64,000 nucleotides of DNA from the NCBI GenBank assembly GCA_947085115.1, contig CAMTVF010000009.1, positions 51,787 through 115,786 on the forward strand, written 5' to 3'. The notes beneath the pieces are model-generated. The model had not been told where the DNA came from. It ran no database searches and worked only from the letters and a program-made list of their open reading frames with translations. Both the position numbers and the translations under genes were made by a program. Below are positions 18,638-27,898 of the stretch, piece after piece. Position 1 is the stretch's first letter. Every line of letters begins with the position of its first letter. The DNA comes from an uncultured Opitutaceae bacterium (GTDB taxonomy: Bacteria > Verrucomicrobiota > Verrucomicrobiia > Opitutales > Opitutaceae).

Positions 18638-20058
18638 GCGAGATAGAGGTTGTTCGTAAGCGCAGGCGACGGCGACAAGCGCCGCCAGCTTTCCGTCACC
18701 GTCTCGGCATCGTATCCGAAGAGCGGAGAGATTTCCAGAACGTGCTGCGGCAGGCCCTCGGCATCGACGGACAAATCCGCGCCAGCCGCGCGCAGCCAGC
18801 GTGCGAACTGGCGCAACTGATCGTCGCGGCAGGTTTGCGGCGAGTCCACGCCCTCGGCATTCTTGACCGGGCTGAAATCGTCGGCGCGTGCCGTCTCAAT
18901 CACGATCGGGTTCTTCGCGAAGGGCAGCGCGTCAAAAACGAAGAGCTCAAACTTCACCCCGTTGGGCTGATCCGGCTTCACCGCGTTTCCGTGCGCATCG
19001 ATCGTCGGGATTTTTTTGTCAGCACGGTGGAACGGCAACTCGGGGTCTTCGCCTCCTGCCGCCATGCGTTGCGCGAAATCGCGGTCAATAAGGTGAATCG
19101 CAATGCTGCCGGCACTGAAGCGCAGCGAGCCATTTGGATTCGTCTCCTGTTGCAGTGCCATCGGAACATCGCTGTATTCGGCCACGGTCAGCCGGCCGCC
19201 TTGGAGACAAAACAATCCGACCTTTTCCTCGGGATATGCCTTTGGAACCATCTTGCTGGACATCTCGGAACCCGCGAGCACGTGGTGGCCGATGAATTCT
19301 GCGTCGATACAACGCACCAGTGGATTATCGACCTGAAAATAGCTCAGAATATCGACGCCGTCGCGCTTCATCCGGTCCAACGCACCGCTGCGATGCAAGG
19401 CACGCAATGACCCGCCGTGACCATCCGGGCTCAGCGCGATCCCATCCTTAGCCTCCAGCAGGATCTTGCCGTCGATATCCACCGCGGGCAACCGGCCCTG
19501 CCGGAAGAAATGCACTTTCCCGCGCTCAAGTCCGAAGAAATTGTGGTCGGCAAAGAACGCCTCGGTCGCGGCGTGGTTGGCATGACTCGTCATGATGAAC
19601 CAAGGCAACGATCGACCGTAGCGACGACCGGCCGCCAGGATCTTTTCCGCGAATACTTGGAAGAGAGGCTTCCCCTTTACGGGCGTGACACGGAACGTGC
19701 CCTTGGGGCCCTCGTAGCCGAGACGCGTCCCCTGCCCGCCTGCGACGGTGAATGCCGCAACGCGACCGGCGCGCAAAACGGTTTCCCCCGCAGCACGCGC
19801 AGCGGCCCACTTCTCAGCCTCACCGCCATGCGCGGGAAGCGCTTCGTAAGGCGCCGGCTGCAGCCCAACCAGGCTAGCGGTCGCGGTGGATTTTTCGACG
19901 ATCAACTTGCGATGCAGCCGTGCGACTTCGCCAAGGTCGATTTCGGAAGCCTGCGCGCACAAGGAGGTTTTTTGCGCTGCATCGAGGTCAGCCCAAAAGG
20001 CAAAGACGTGGCCTTGGCCGGCGGAGCGATAACGGGCGATCAAGTCGTCCGGTGTCAT
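18634..20058 (-). CDS. UDPGP type 1 family uridylyltransferase (eukaryote-like UAP1, UDP-GlcNAc/UDP-sugar pyrophosphorylase)
   Basis: AGGQGTRLG, SPDGHGG, QVDNPL, EKVG, EYSD, GVKFELFVFDALP, FSPVKN. Confidence 0.9.
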   Translation of the reverse strand: MTPDDLIARYRSAGQGHVFAFWADLDAAQKTSLCAQASEIDLGEVARLHRKLIVEKSTATASLVGLQPAPYEALPAHGGEAEKWAAARAAGETVLRAGRVAAFTVAGGQGTRLGYEGPKGTFRVTPVKGKPLFQVFAEKILAAGRRYGRSLPWFIMTSHANHAATEAFFADHNFFGLERGKVHFFRQGRLPAVDIDGKILLEAKDGIALSPDGHGGSLRALHRSGALDRMKRDGVDILSYFQVDNPLVRCIDAEFIGHHVLAGSEMSSKMVPKAYPEEKVGLFCLQGGRLTVAEYSDVPMALQQETNPNGSLRFSAGSIAIHLIDRDFAQRMAAGGEDPELPFHRADKKIPTIDAHGNAVKPDQPNGVKFELFVFDALPFAKNPIVIETARADDFSPVKNAEGVDSPQTCRDDQLRQFARWLRAAGADLSVDAEGLPQHVLEISPLFGYDAETVTESWRRLSPSPALTNNLYLA

Positions 20059-20357
20059 GGCTGGCGCTTGTCGTCGAAGCGAAACACAAACTCCTGCGAA
20101 CGCACGTAACCGAGCTTCTTGCGGATGACCTGTTCCAGAAGCTCCGGGTCGCTCCTCAGGCGGGCGAGGTAGCGTTCCTGTTCGGCCAGCTTGGCCTGCG
20201 CCTCCGCCAACTTGCGGCGGTTACCCTCTTCCTGAAGCCGGATGCTCGTGAGTTCGCGGTTCATCTGCAGAAAGAACAACCCCGCCCAGACGGTAACCGC
20301 GGTAAAGAGGACGACGAATCCAGTGACGATGATCTTGTTCCAATTCAAAAGCGACAC
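20055..20357 (-). CDS. ftsB: Septum formation initiator (FtsB/DivIC family)
   Basis: 100 aa; TM plus coiled coil plus DPELLEQVIRKKLGYVRSQE. Confidence 0.8.
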   Translation of the reverse strand: MSLLNWNKIIVTGFVVLFTAVTVWAGLFFLQMNRELTSIRLQEEGNRRKLAEAQAKLAEQERYLARLRSDPELLEQVIRKKLGYVRSQEFVFRFDDKRQP

Positions 20358-20457
20358 TCAGCTAAACGGATGCCCTAATCTCGCAGCAAGGTTTTTGAGG
20401 CTTGTTTAACAGAGATTTTTCGTGCTTTTTCGCTCCCCAACCGGATACTCGCCACCG

Positions 20458-21273
20458 ATGTATCAAGGTTACTACGGTCTTACGGAGATGCCGTTTCACA
20501 TCACTCCTGACCCGAAGTTCCTCTACCTGAGCCAGCCCCATCAGGAAGCGCTCCAACACTTGCGCTACGGCGTCAAGGAACGGAAGGGTTTCATCGTGCT
20601 CGTGGGAGAGGTCGGTTGCGGCAAGACCACCCTGTGCCGCCAATTTCTCACCGAGCTAAGTCCGACCCACTACGATACTGCCTTGATCTTGAATCCCCGG
20701 CTCACGGAAACACAGATGCTCAAGGCCATCTTGACCGAGCTCGGCGAAACCCATCTCGCGCGCAGCAAGAACGACCTCGTCGCCCAGATGAACAAGGTGC
20801 TGCTTGAGCGCATCGCGGCCGGACGCGAGATCGTGCTCATTGTAGACGAAGCACAGAATCTTTCCTTCGAGGTTTTCGAGCAGGTTCGATTGCTCTCCAA
20901 CCTCGAGACCGACAAACAAAAGCTCCTCCAGATTATTCTGATGGGCCAGCCGGAATTGAAAGAGAAACTTGCGGCCGAGGAATTGCGGCAACTGCGCCAG
21001 CGCATTCTGGTCCACTACGACCTGCTCCCGCTCACGCGGGCCGAAACGGATCACTACATCCACCATCGGCTCGCCCTCGCCGGTGGTTCCGGCCGGCCGC
21101 GCTTCACATCGTGGGCTCTGCGCCACATCCACCGCACCAGCCGCGGAATCCCGCGCATCATCAATAATCTTTGCGACAAATCGATGCTCTCGGCCTTTAT
21201 TCGCGACTCCGATGAGGTCAATTACTGGGACGCCCGCCGCGCTGCCCGCGAAATGGCTCAACTCACCGACTGA
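20458..21273 (+). CDS. ExeA/GspA-family AAA ATPase (ATPase domain only)
   Basis: YYGLTEMPFHITPDPKFLY, Walker A GEVGCGKTT, IVDEAQNL, MGQPEL, QLRQRI, GIPRIINNLCD. Confidence 0.92.
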   Translation: MYQGYYGLTEMPFHITPDPKFLYLSQPHQEALQHLRYGVKERKGFIVLVGEVGCGKTTLCRQFLTELSPTHYDTALILNPRLTETQMLKAILTELGETHLARSKNDLVAQMNKVLLERIAAGREIVLIVDEAQNLSFEVFEQVRLLSNLETDKQKLLQIILMGQPELKEKLAAEELRQLRQRILVHYDLLPLTRAETDHYIHHRLALAGGSGRPRFTSWALRHIHRTSRGIPRIINNLCDKSMLSAFIRDSDEVNYWDARRAAREMAQLTD

Positions 21274-21275
21274 CC

Positions 21276-21965
21276 ATGAGTCTGATCAACGACGCGCTCA
21301 AGAAGGCCCAACGCGCACGGACCGGTGAAACCCTTGGGCCGGACGGCACACCCTTGCGCGTCGGAGGCGATGCTCACCACGGTGGCAGCGACCGACCGAC
21401 CTTGATCAGTTCTCAAACCGTTCTTCTCTCCGGAGGAATTCTCATCGTCCTTCTGATCGTTGCCGGCACACTTTACCTCGGTCTTGGCTCGGAATCCGCC
21501 CCGGTGCCCGCGAAGGCACCGCTTGCGAATGCCGCCGCACCGGCCACCGTCGCATCATTCCCGGTCCTTGCCGTCGCCGACCGCGGGCAGGCGGCGAAAC
21601 CGGCGGAATCTTTGACTTTTGTTCTGGCGACGCCAGATCCGACTGAGCCAAGTCTGCCCGCGGTTCCCACCGCGAGCGCCGCGCCTAACATCACCCTTCA
21701 GGTCGAATCTCCGCCCGTGCCCGTGGTCAATACCCTTCCCATGCTGCCCCCGATACCTTCCGAGCGCATGGTGCGAACCATTGAAGCCCTGCAGGTCAGT
21801 GGCATTCGCGCCCTCGGGGCCGACAGCAAAGTGCTTTTGAATGGACGTGTATATCGCATCGACGATCTCGTTGATCGCGATTTCGGACTGCGTCTCATCG
21901 AGGTCACGGCCGATTCACTCACGTTTAAGGACCAGACCGCCGCCGTCTATACGCGACGCTTCTAG
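21276..21965 (+). CDS. GspB/ExeB-like membrane protein
   Basis: MSLINDALKKAQ N-terminus typical of GspB-like proteins; TM; Pro/Ala linker; C-terminal KVLLNGRVYRIDD; follows exeA. Confidence 0.7.
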   Translation: MSLINDALKKAQRARTGETLGPDGTPLRVGGDAHHGGSDRPTLISSQTVLLSGGILIVLLIVAGTLYLGLGSESAPVPAKAPLANAAAPATVASFPVLAVADRGQAAKPAESLTFVLATPDPTEPSLPAVPTASAAPNITLQVESPPVPVVNTLPMLPPIPSERMVRTIEALQVSGIRALGADSKVLLNGRVYRIDDLVDRDFGLRLIEVTADSLTFKDQTAAVYTRRF

Positions 21966-22010
21966 TCAGCGTCCCGGACCCTCACTGCCGTCGCCGCCTC
22001 GATTCCCAGA

Positions 22011-22039
22011 GGGAATGACACGTAATAGGTGTCATTCCC
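22011..22039. repeat. AT-cored palindrome, copy 2 (GGGAATGACAC-GTAATAG-GTGTCATTCCC)
   Basis: Perfect 11-bp arms; the 19-bp core TGACACGTAATAGGTGTCA aligns with copy 1; lies between convergent genes. Confidence 0.75.
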
Positions 22040-22078
22040 GCCGGACTGCTTTTTTGCGCCGACCATCGCAAAGTGACA

Positions 22079-23503
22079 CTAGTAGGCCGACTTGGGCGGG
22101 AAGAAAATCTGCCAGCACGTTTTCAGGGCGATCTGCACATCAAGCCGGATCGACCACTTCGCGATGTAATCCAGATCGCGGCGCACCCGTTCCTGCAATT
22201 GCCCGGGCGTGGTGATCTCACCGCGAAAGCCTTCGCTCTGCGCCAGCCCGGTGATCCCTGGTTTGACGAAATGCCGCGTGCGATACGCGCGGGCCTGTCG
22301 CTCAAATTCCTCATCCAAGAGCGGCATGACGGGACGCGGGCCCACCACGCTCATCTCGCCGGTCAGCACATTCCAAAATTGCGGGAACTCATCGAGACTG
22401 TGGCGCCGCAGAAAATGCCCGAACGGGAAGATCCGGTTGTCTTCGCGCGTTGCCTGCACGCTCTCGGCACCGGCATCGGCCGGTGCCACGTGCATGGTGC
22501 GAAACTTGAGCATCTCGAAATGGCTGCGCCCACTGCGACCGCGCCGCCGCACATGAAACAACGGTCCGGGGGATTGCCAGCGTTGCGTCAGCCACACGAC
22601 CACGCAAAGCACCGGGAGCACCAGCACCACCATCGGCAGCGCGAGCAGCAGATCAAAGGTTCGCTTCATGACGCGATTGATCGGTTCCTCCAAGGGCTCC
22701 GCGTGCAAGGTGAAGCAGTGTTGACCCTGCAATTCCACCGAAGCAACCGGGTGACCCAGTTGTTCCGCGATGTCGTGCCGCAGCAGCACGCGCGCACCGT
22801 GAGCCTGGCAGACCTCGACGACCCGCCGCCCTGCCGTAGCGTCGGTGGCCAGTTCCCACAAGACGACTTGGCGAACCTGCCTCGCCTCGAGCAGTGCAGC
22901 GAGTTGCTCCACCGCGCCGAGCCAGGTGGCAATTGGCGGGTTCGAACCCGCGGGGAGCATTTCCCACGAAACAAACCCCGCCAGGTCCACGCCAAGATCC
23001 TTTCGCGCTGCCAGCCAAGCCTCCACTTCCCGCAGCGCGGCCACCCGGCAGACGATAAGCGTTGGCACCCGGGCGCTTCCTCCAAAAACGAGCGCCGCCA
23101 GATAGCTGGGCAGCTTCAAGTGCAACCCGAGCAAGAGCAGCCACGTGAACACCAGAAACGAACCGAGGAAGAGACGACTGATGCTGCGATCCTGGGTGGC
23201 AAACATCATCGCGAAGACCACAAGGGCGATGAGCGCAATCTGGCGTGACGCCAAACTGCTGGCGTCCACCATCGACAACTTCGAGAGGCGCCAGCCGATC
23301 TTCGCGACATGCTTCCACCCAAAGATCACGCCGAGCACGACACTGAGGAAATACGGCAACAGTGCTACGTCGCGCGTCAGTCGCATGAAGTGCGAAAAGA
23401 CAGCGATGGTGAGCTCCGCGTAGAGCCAGAAAAAGAATCCCACGAGCGCCAGCGTCAGGGCGTTGTGCAGGTCAGTAAGACCTCGGTGGCGGTTCAACAG
23501 CAT
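22079..23503 (-). CDS. Polyprenyl glycosylphosphotransferase (WcaJ/WbaP family)
   Basis: Four N-terminal TMs; KRTFDLL; LKFRTM; FLRRHSLDEFPQFWNVLTGEMSVVGPRP; VKPGITGLAQ. Confidence 0.92.
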   Translation of the reverse strand: MLLNRHRGLTDLHNALTLALVGFFFWLYAELTIAVFSHFMRLTRDVALLPYFLSVVLGVIFGWKHVAKIGWRLSKLSMVDASSLASRQIALIALVVFAMMFATQDRSISRLFLGSFLVFTWLLLLGLHLKLPSYLAALVFGGSARVPTLIVCRVAALREVEAWLAARKDLGVDLAGFVSWEMLPAGSNPPIATWLGAVEQLAALLEARQVRQVVLWELATDATAGRRVVEVCQAHGARVLLRHDIAEQLGHPVASVELQGQHCFTLHAEPLEEPINRVMKRTFDLLLALPMVVLVLPVLCVVVWLTQRWQSPGPLFHVRRRGRSGRSHFEMLKFRTMHVAPADAGAESVQATREDNRIFPFGHFLRRHSLDEFPQFWNVLTGEMSVVGPRPVMPLLDEEFERQARAYRTRHFVKPGITGLAQSEGFRGEITTPGQLQERVRRDLDYIAKWSIRLDVQIALKTCWQIFFPPKSAY

Positions 23504-23757
23504 CGGATAAGATGCTAGGGATGCGAGCCCAGGCGGCAACAGCCGACTAGCGCGAGGCTGAACACACGTTTGAAGTGCCCAAGACCTGCCCGCAAAACCG
23601 GCAGCGTGAAGTTGTCCTCGTGCTTCGCCTTGACCAGCGGCGGCCTCGCGACATCTTTTCGGAATTTCCCCGGAACCGCGCGACCGCAGCCCGGTCCTTT
23701 CGCCCCTCCCTGTTCAATAGTTTCAACTTTCTCCCGATTGCCGGGCATTACCCTCCC

Positions 23758-24618
23758 ATGCGCCTCCTCCCACTAGCCCTCCTGTCGCTTGCCTTCACGG
23801 CAAACGCCTTCGCTTCGACCCCGCTCGATACCGCTCGCCAATTTTACACCGAACGCAAGGACGCCGAGGCCAAATCGGCGTTCGAAGCGCTCGCCCGCGG
23901 CGAGCCCCGCAATGCCGAAGCAGTGTTATACTTGGGCCGACTCGCCATGCGGGCTCGGGATGTGGATACGGCGGTGAAACATTTCGAAAAGGCCATCGAG
24001 CTCGACCCGACAAAGTCAGCCCACCACCTCGAACTGGGCGGCGCCTATGGTGCCAAGATCCAATCCGCCGGACTCCTCGGCAAAGCGTCGCTTGCCGGTA
24101 AATCCCGCAAGGCAATGGAGAAGGCCGTTGAGCTTGACCCGAACAGCGTGGATGCGCGGTTCGGCCTCGTTTTATTCTACTCCCAAGCTCCTTCGATGAT
24201 CGGCGGCGGCATGGACAAGGCGCACCTGCAGGCCGACGCCATTATCAAACTCAATCCCGCACGCGGCCGTATCGCCAAAGCGGGGCTTTTCGCCCGCGAG
24301 AAGAAATACAATGACGCCTTCGGGCTTTATGAGGAAGCGCTCACCCAAAGCCCCGACGATTACGGCACGCTTTATCAAGTCGGCCGCCTCGCGGCGGAAT
24401 CGGGGGAACGACTCGATCGCGGGCTCGAGGTGCTCAATCGTTGCCTAGGCATGACTCCACCGGCCAATGAGCCCGGTCACGCGCCGGCCAACTGGCGCCG
24501 CGGCAATATTTTTGAAAAAAAGGGCGACAAGGCCGCCGCCCGCACCGCCTATGAAGCGGCGTTGGCCATCGACGCAAAGTTTGAGGCGGCCATTGCGGCG
24601 TTGAAGAAGCTGAATTGA
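23758..24618 (+). CDS. Exported TPR-repeat protein
   Basis: Signal peptide; repeated KAIELDP/KAVELDP TPR units. Confidence 0.85.
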   Translation: MRLLPLALLSLAFTANAFASTPLDTARQFYTERKDAEAKSAFEALARGEPRNAEAVLYLGRLAMRARDVDTAVKHFEKAIELDPTKSAHHLELGGAYGAKIQSAGLLGKASLAGKSRKAMEKAVELDPNSVDARFGLVLFYSQAPSMIGGGMDKAHLQADAIIKLNPARGRIAKAGLFAREKKYNDAFGLYEEALTQSPDDYGTLYQVGRLAAESGERLDRGLEVLNRCLGMTPPANEPGHAPANWRRGNIFEKKGDKAAARTAYEAALAIDAKFEAAIAALKKLN

Positions 24619-24648
24619 CCCCTCGGCTCGTTCGGCAACGGTAGGAGC

Positions 24649-25860
24649 ATGTCCTCCGGTGTCACCGAGCCAGTCGTCGCGAAATTTATCGCCGCCCTCG
24701 AACAGAGCGTGCGCGATGGCACCTTCACGCGACTCACGCTCGGCAAGACGCGCAGCGACGACCCGACCTTGCGCAACGTGCAGGTGCGCACAGTGCAGTT
24801 GAAGACAGGGCAGCACCTGAACTTCGTTTGGCGTTACGACACACAGGACGTCACCAAGAACCTCTCCCCTGCGGAAGCCATGCTCGAAATCCGCCGGCTG
24901 GTTGGCACCACCTTCCACAGCGCCCACCTGTTCACGACCGGCCGAATGACCCAACTGGAGTTCAACAAAAAAGGACAGGCGCGCTTGAGCCATGGCAAGG
25001 GCGACACGTCGTCTGTGGAGCAGATCGCAACGACGCACGACCGCGCCAAGCCGCGCCTGCTGGCCGCCGAAAGCCAACCGTGGCTCCACGCGCTTGGAAT
25101 CACCAATGCCGCAGGTGTCGTCCGCGAAGGCATGGCCGACAAGCACCGGCAGATTCACAAGTTCGTGGAGTTGCTCAGTCATCTGGTTGAAGGCGCCCCG
25201 CTAGCCACTGACCGCCCGATTGAAATTGCCGACATGGGCTGCGGCAAAGGCTACCTGACTTTTGCGACGAACGATTATTTTGAATTCGTCGCGAAACGCT
25301 CCGCCCGCATCTGCGGCGTCGAGCAGCGCGACAATCTCGTCGCCCAGTGCAACCACATCGCCCGCGAAACCAGTCGCTCCAAACTCTCCTTCGTGGGCGG
25401 GTCCATTCAGAGCGCCACCTTCCCGACACCCGACATCCTGATCGCCTTGCATGCCTGCGACACCGCGACCGACGACGCCATCGCGCGCGGAATCGCCGTC
25501 GGGGCGGCTCTGATCGTCACCGCGCCGTGTTGCCAGAAGGAACTGCGAGCGCAATTGACCCCCGCCGCCGTGCTCGCGCCGGCGTTGCGTCACGGGATTT
25601 TTCAAGAACGCCACGCCGAGTTTGTGGCCGACGCGCTTCGCGCCCTGCTGCTGGAGTGGGCCGGCTACTCCACCAAAGTCTTCGAGTTCATTTCCACCGA
25701 ACACACCGCGAAGAACCTCATGATCGCCGCAACAAAGCGGACCGAAGTCGACGAAGTCGTCAAAGAGCGAACCACGACAGCGATTCGGAACCTCGCGGCC
25801 TTCTACGGGATCAAAACGCACGCACTCGCACGTCATCTTGGTCTAAACCTCGCCGAGTAA
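24649..25860 (+). CDS. Class I SAM-dependent methyltransferase (Methyltransf_32-like)
   Basis: ADMGCGKGYLTF, IALHACDTATD, APCCQ, VFEFISTEHTAKN. Confidence 0.9.
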   Translation: MSSGVTEPVVAKFIAALEQSVRDGTFTRLTLGKTRSDDPTLRNVQVRTVQLKTGQHLNFVWRYDTQDVTKNLSPAEAMLEIRRLVGTTFHSAHLFTTGRMTQLEFNKKGQARLSHGKGDTSSVEQIATTHDRAKPRLLAAESQPWLHALGITNAAGVVREGMADKHRQIHKFVELLSHLVEGAPLATDRPIEIADMGCGKGYLTFATNDYFEFVAKRSARICGVEQRDNLVAQCNHIARETSRSKLSFVGGSIQSATFPTPDILIALHACDTATDDAIARGIAVGAALIVTAPCCQKELRAQLTPAAVLAPALRHGIFQERHAEFVADALRALLLEWAGYSTKVFEFISTEHTAKNLMIAATKRTEVDEVVKERTTTAIRNLAAFYGIKTHALARHLGLNLAE

Positions 25861-26038
25861 GCTCCTCCACCTATCCCTGTTTGTAAGGTATTATGGGGCA
25901 GGTGACAGCAACCGTCGAACACCCCTGAGGCTAAAAAGTGGCAGGTCGGATGAGCGAGAAGCGGCTGGCTTTGAGGAGCGGTTGGTGGGTGGGATCGCGG
26001 CGGCGCAGGACTTCGAGGCGAAGACGCCCGGGGCTTCC

Positions 26039-26722
26039 TCAATCGGTGGGCGGCGGCACTCGGAGTGAGTGTCCGTTATCCTTTGGCCCGAGGCCGAGAA
26101 TAAACGGTCCGGCCGTTTTGGCCCAAATTTCTGCCTTCGGATGATTCGCCGCCTCCTCGTCCATACACTGGCGCAACATGTCGGTGTCGATGGTGCCCGG
26201 GCTCATCGGCACCGCCGCCATGCCCGCAGGTAGCTCCTGCGCGAGCGCCTGAGTCATTCCTTCGATTGCAAATTTCGACGCGCAATACGGCGCGACCGTC
26301 GGAGAAGTCCTCTTACCCCAACCGGAACTCAAGGTCACGATCACTCCGCTACCACGTGCAATCATGGCCGGCACGAAATGCCGGATGACGGTCGCCACGC
26401 CCTTCACATTGACATCAATCAGCCGATTAAACTCTGCCGCCGGCACTTCCCACAGCGGAGCAGGAGTATTCATCAGGGCGGCGTTGCAAATGAGCAGATC
26501 CGGCGCGCTCTGTGCCGCGGAGAGTTTTTCCGCCCAAAGCGCGACCTTGTTCTCATCGGTCACATCCACCACCGCGAAATCGTGCGGCGCCGCGTGGGTG
26601 AAGCGAAGATTGAGAATTTCGGCGCTCCGGCCGCAGCCGGCCACCGTGTGACCGTTTGCAATAAACCACTCCGCCAACGCGCGACCGAGGCCTTTCGTTA
26701 CTCCCGTAATGACGATGAACAT
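26039..26722 (-). CDS. Short-chain dehydrogenase/reductase
   Basis: TGVTKGLG, CNAA, YCASK, SPGTIDTDM. Confidence 0.92.
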   Translation of the reverse strand: MFIVITGVTKGLGRALAEWFIANGHTVAGCGRSAEILNLRFTHAAPHDFAVVDVTDENKVALWAEKLSAAQSAPDLLICNAALMNTPAPLWEVPAAEFNRLIDVNVKGVATVIRHFVPAMIARGSGVIVTLSSGWGKRTSPTVAPYCASKFAIEGMTQALAQELPAGMAAVPMSPGTIDTDMLRQCMDEEAANHPKAEIWAKTAGPFILGLGPKDNGHSLRVPPPTD

Positions 26723-26764
26723 AGGACCATTAAGCCAGCCAACCCGATCGGCGCCAGCAAATGG

Positions 26765-27175
26765 TTACCGCGCCTGGAGCCGAATCTTGTTCAGACCGTT
26801 CTTCCTGCAGATATCCATCGCCTCGGTGATGAAGCGCAGCGGCGTATTTTCATCCGAACGAATCAACACCGTGATGTCTTTGGTGATTCCGCCGACCTCG
26901 TTGATCAACCGCTCTAACTCCGCCGTCGCGACCCGGGCGCTCCGCGCCCCGGATTGGAAAGTATACTCGCCCTCCTTGGTGATGCTGATGGTCACCGAAT
27001 CCTTCAGCTCGCTCTTGCCCGCGGTCTCCACCCTCGGGAGCGTGAGGTTCATCGTCGCCACCGAGCGGAACTGCATCGTGACGAACGCGAAGAATATCAA
27101 AATCACAAGGACGTCGATCAACGGCACGAGGTTCATCTCGGGCCGTTTGCGCCGTTTCTGGTAAAGGCTGCTCAT
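26765..27175 (-). CDS. exbD: ExbD/TolR biopolymer transporter
   Basis: MNLVPLIDVLVILIFF; IRSDENTP. Confidence 0.88.
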   Translation of the reverse strand: MSSLYQKRRKRPEMNLVPLIDVLVILIFFAFVTMQFRSVATMNLTLPRVETAGKSELKDSVTISITKEGEYTFQSGARSARVATAELERLINEVGGITKDITVLIRSDENTPLRFITEAMDICRKNGLNKIRLQAR

Positions 27176-27771
27176 AGCGCGCTGGTATGGGGGGAGGATA
27201 CCGACGAGGTTTCGCGACTTTGCCTGCCGAGCACGCGCTCAAGAAGCACGTCCATCTGCGCGGCGTAGTTTTCCACCTTGCGCTGGAGGAACCCGGCGCC
27301 TACGAGCGCCGGGATAGCAATGGAAAGACCGATCACGGTCGCCGAGAGCGCGAGGGCCACGCCAGTCGTGAACGCCACGGGATCCGGCAGTCCGGTATCC
27401 GGCGAGATGTTGCCGAACACGCGCAGCAAACCGGTTACCGTGCCGGTGAGGCCGATCAGGGGCGCCGCGGCGTAAATGACATCAAGATACGGCATGCCCC
27501 GCTCCATCCGGTTGATTTCGAGCCGGGCAAATGCCTTCACCGCGTCGGGGTCGGTGCGATGCGCCTGCGCGTAGTCGAGAACGCGCGCCAGCACCGAATG
27601 CCTGCCTCCGGCGTAGGCCTTGCCCTGCATCACGGCATCAACCAGATCATCAGGCAGAATCGCAGCCTGGCGCAGGGCGTAAAGCCGCTCGCAGATGATG
27701 AACACCGCGAGAACGGAGCAAAGACCGAGTGGGTAGATGAGAAGGCCTGCGCCTTTTAGGACGTCAAACAT
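27172..27771 (-). CDS. exbB: MotA/TolQ/ExbB proton channel
   Basis: AAPLIGLTGTVTG; GVALALSATVIGLSIAIP. Confidence 0.88.
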   Translation of the reverse strand: MFDVLKGAGLLIYPLGLCSVLAVFIICERLYALRQAAILPDDLVDAVMQGKAYAGGRHSVLARVLDYAQAHRTDPDAVKAFARLEINRMERGMPYLDVIYAAAPLIGLTGTVTGLLRVFGNISPDTGLPDPVAFTTGVALALSATVIGLSIAIPALVGAGFLQRKVENYAAQMDVLLERVLGRQSRETSSVSSPHTSAL

Positions 27772-27898
27772 AGTTTGGTGGTTCGAGTGAACCGGCCTGT
27801 GTGACTCTCACAAGCAGTAAAAGGTTCAGTTTTTTTGACGGCGCGCTCCTTTCGAGCCCGGTCCCCTCCCTCCAACACCCATACACGCCAATTCTCGA

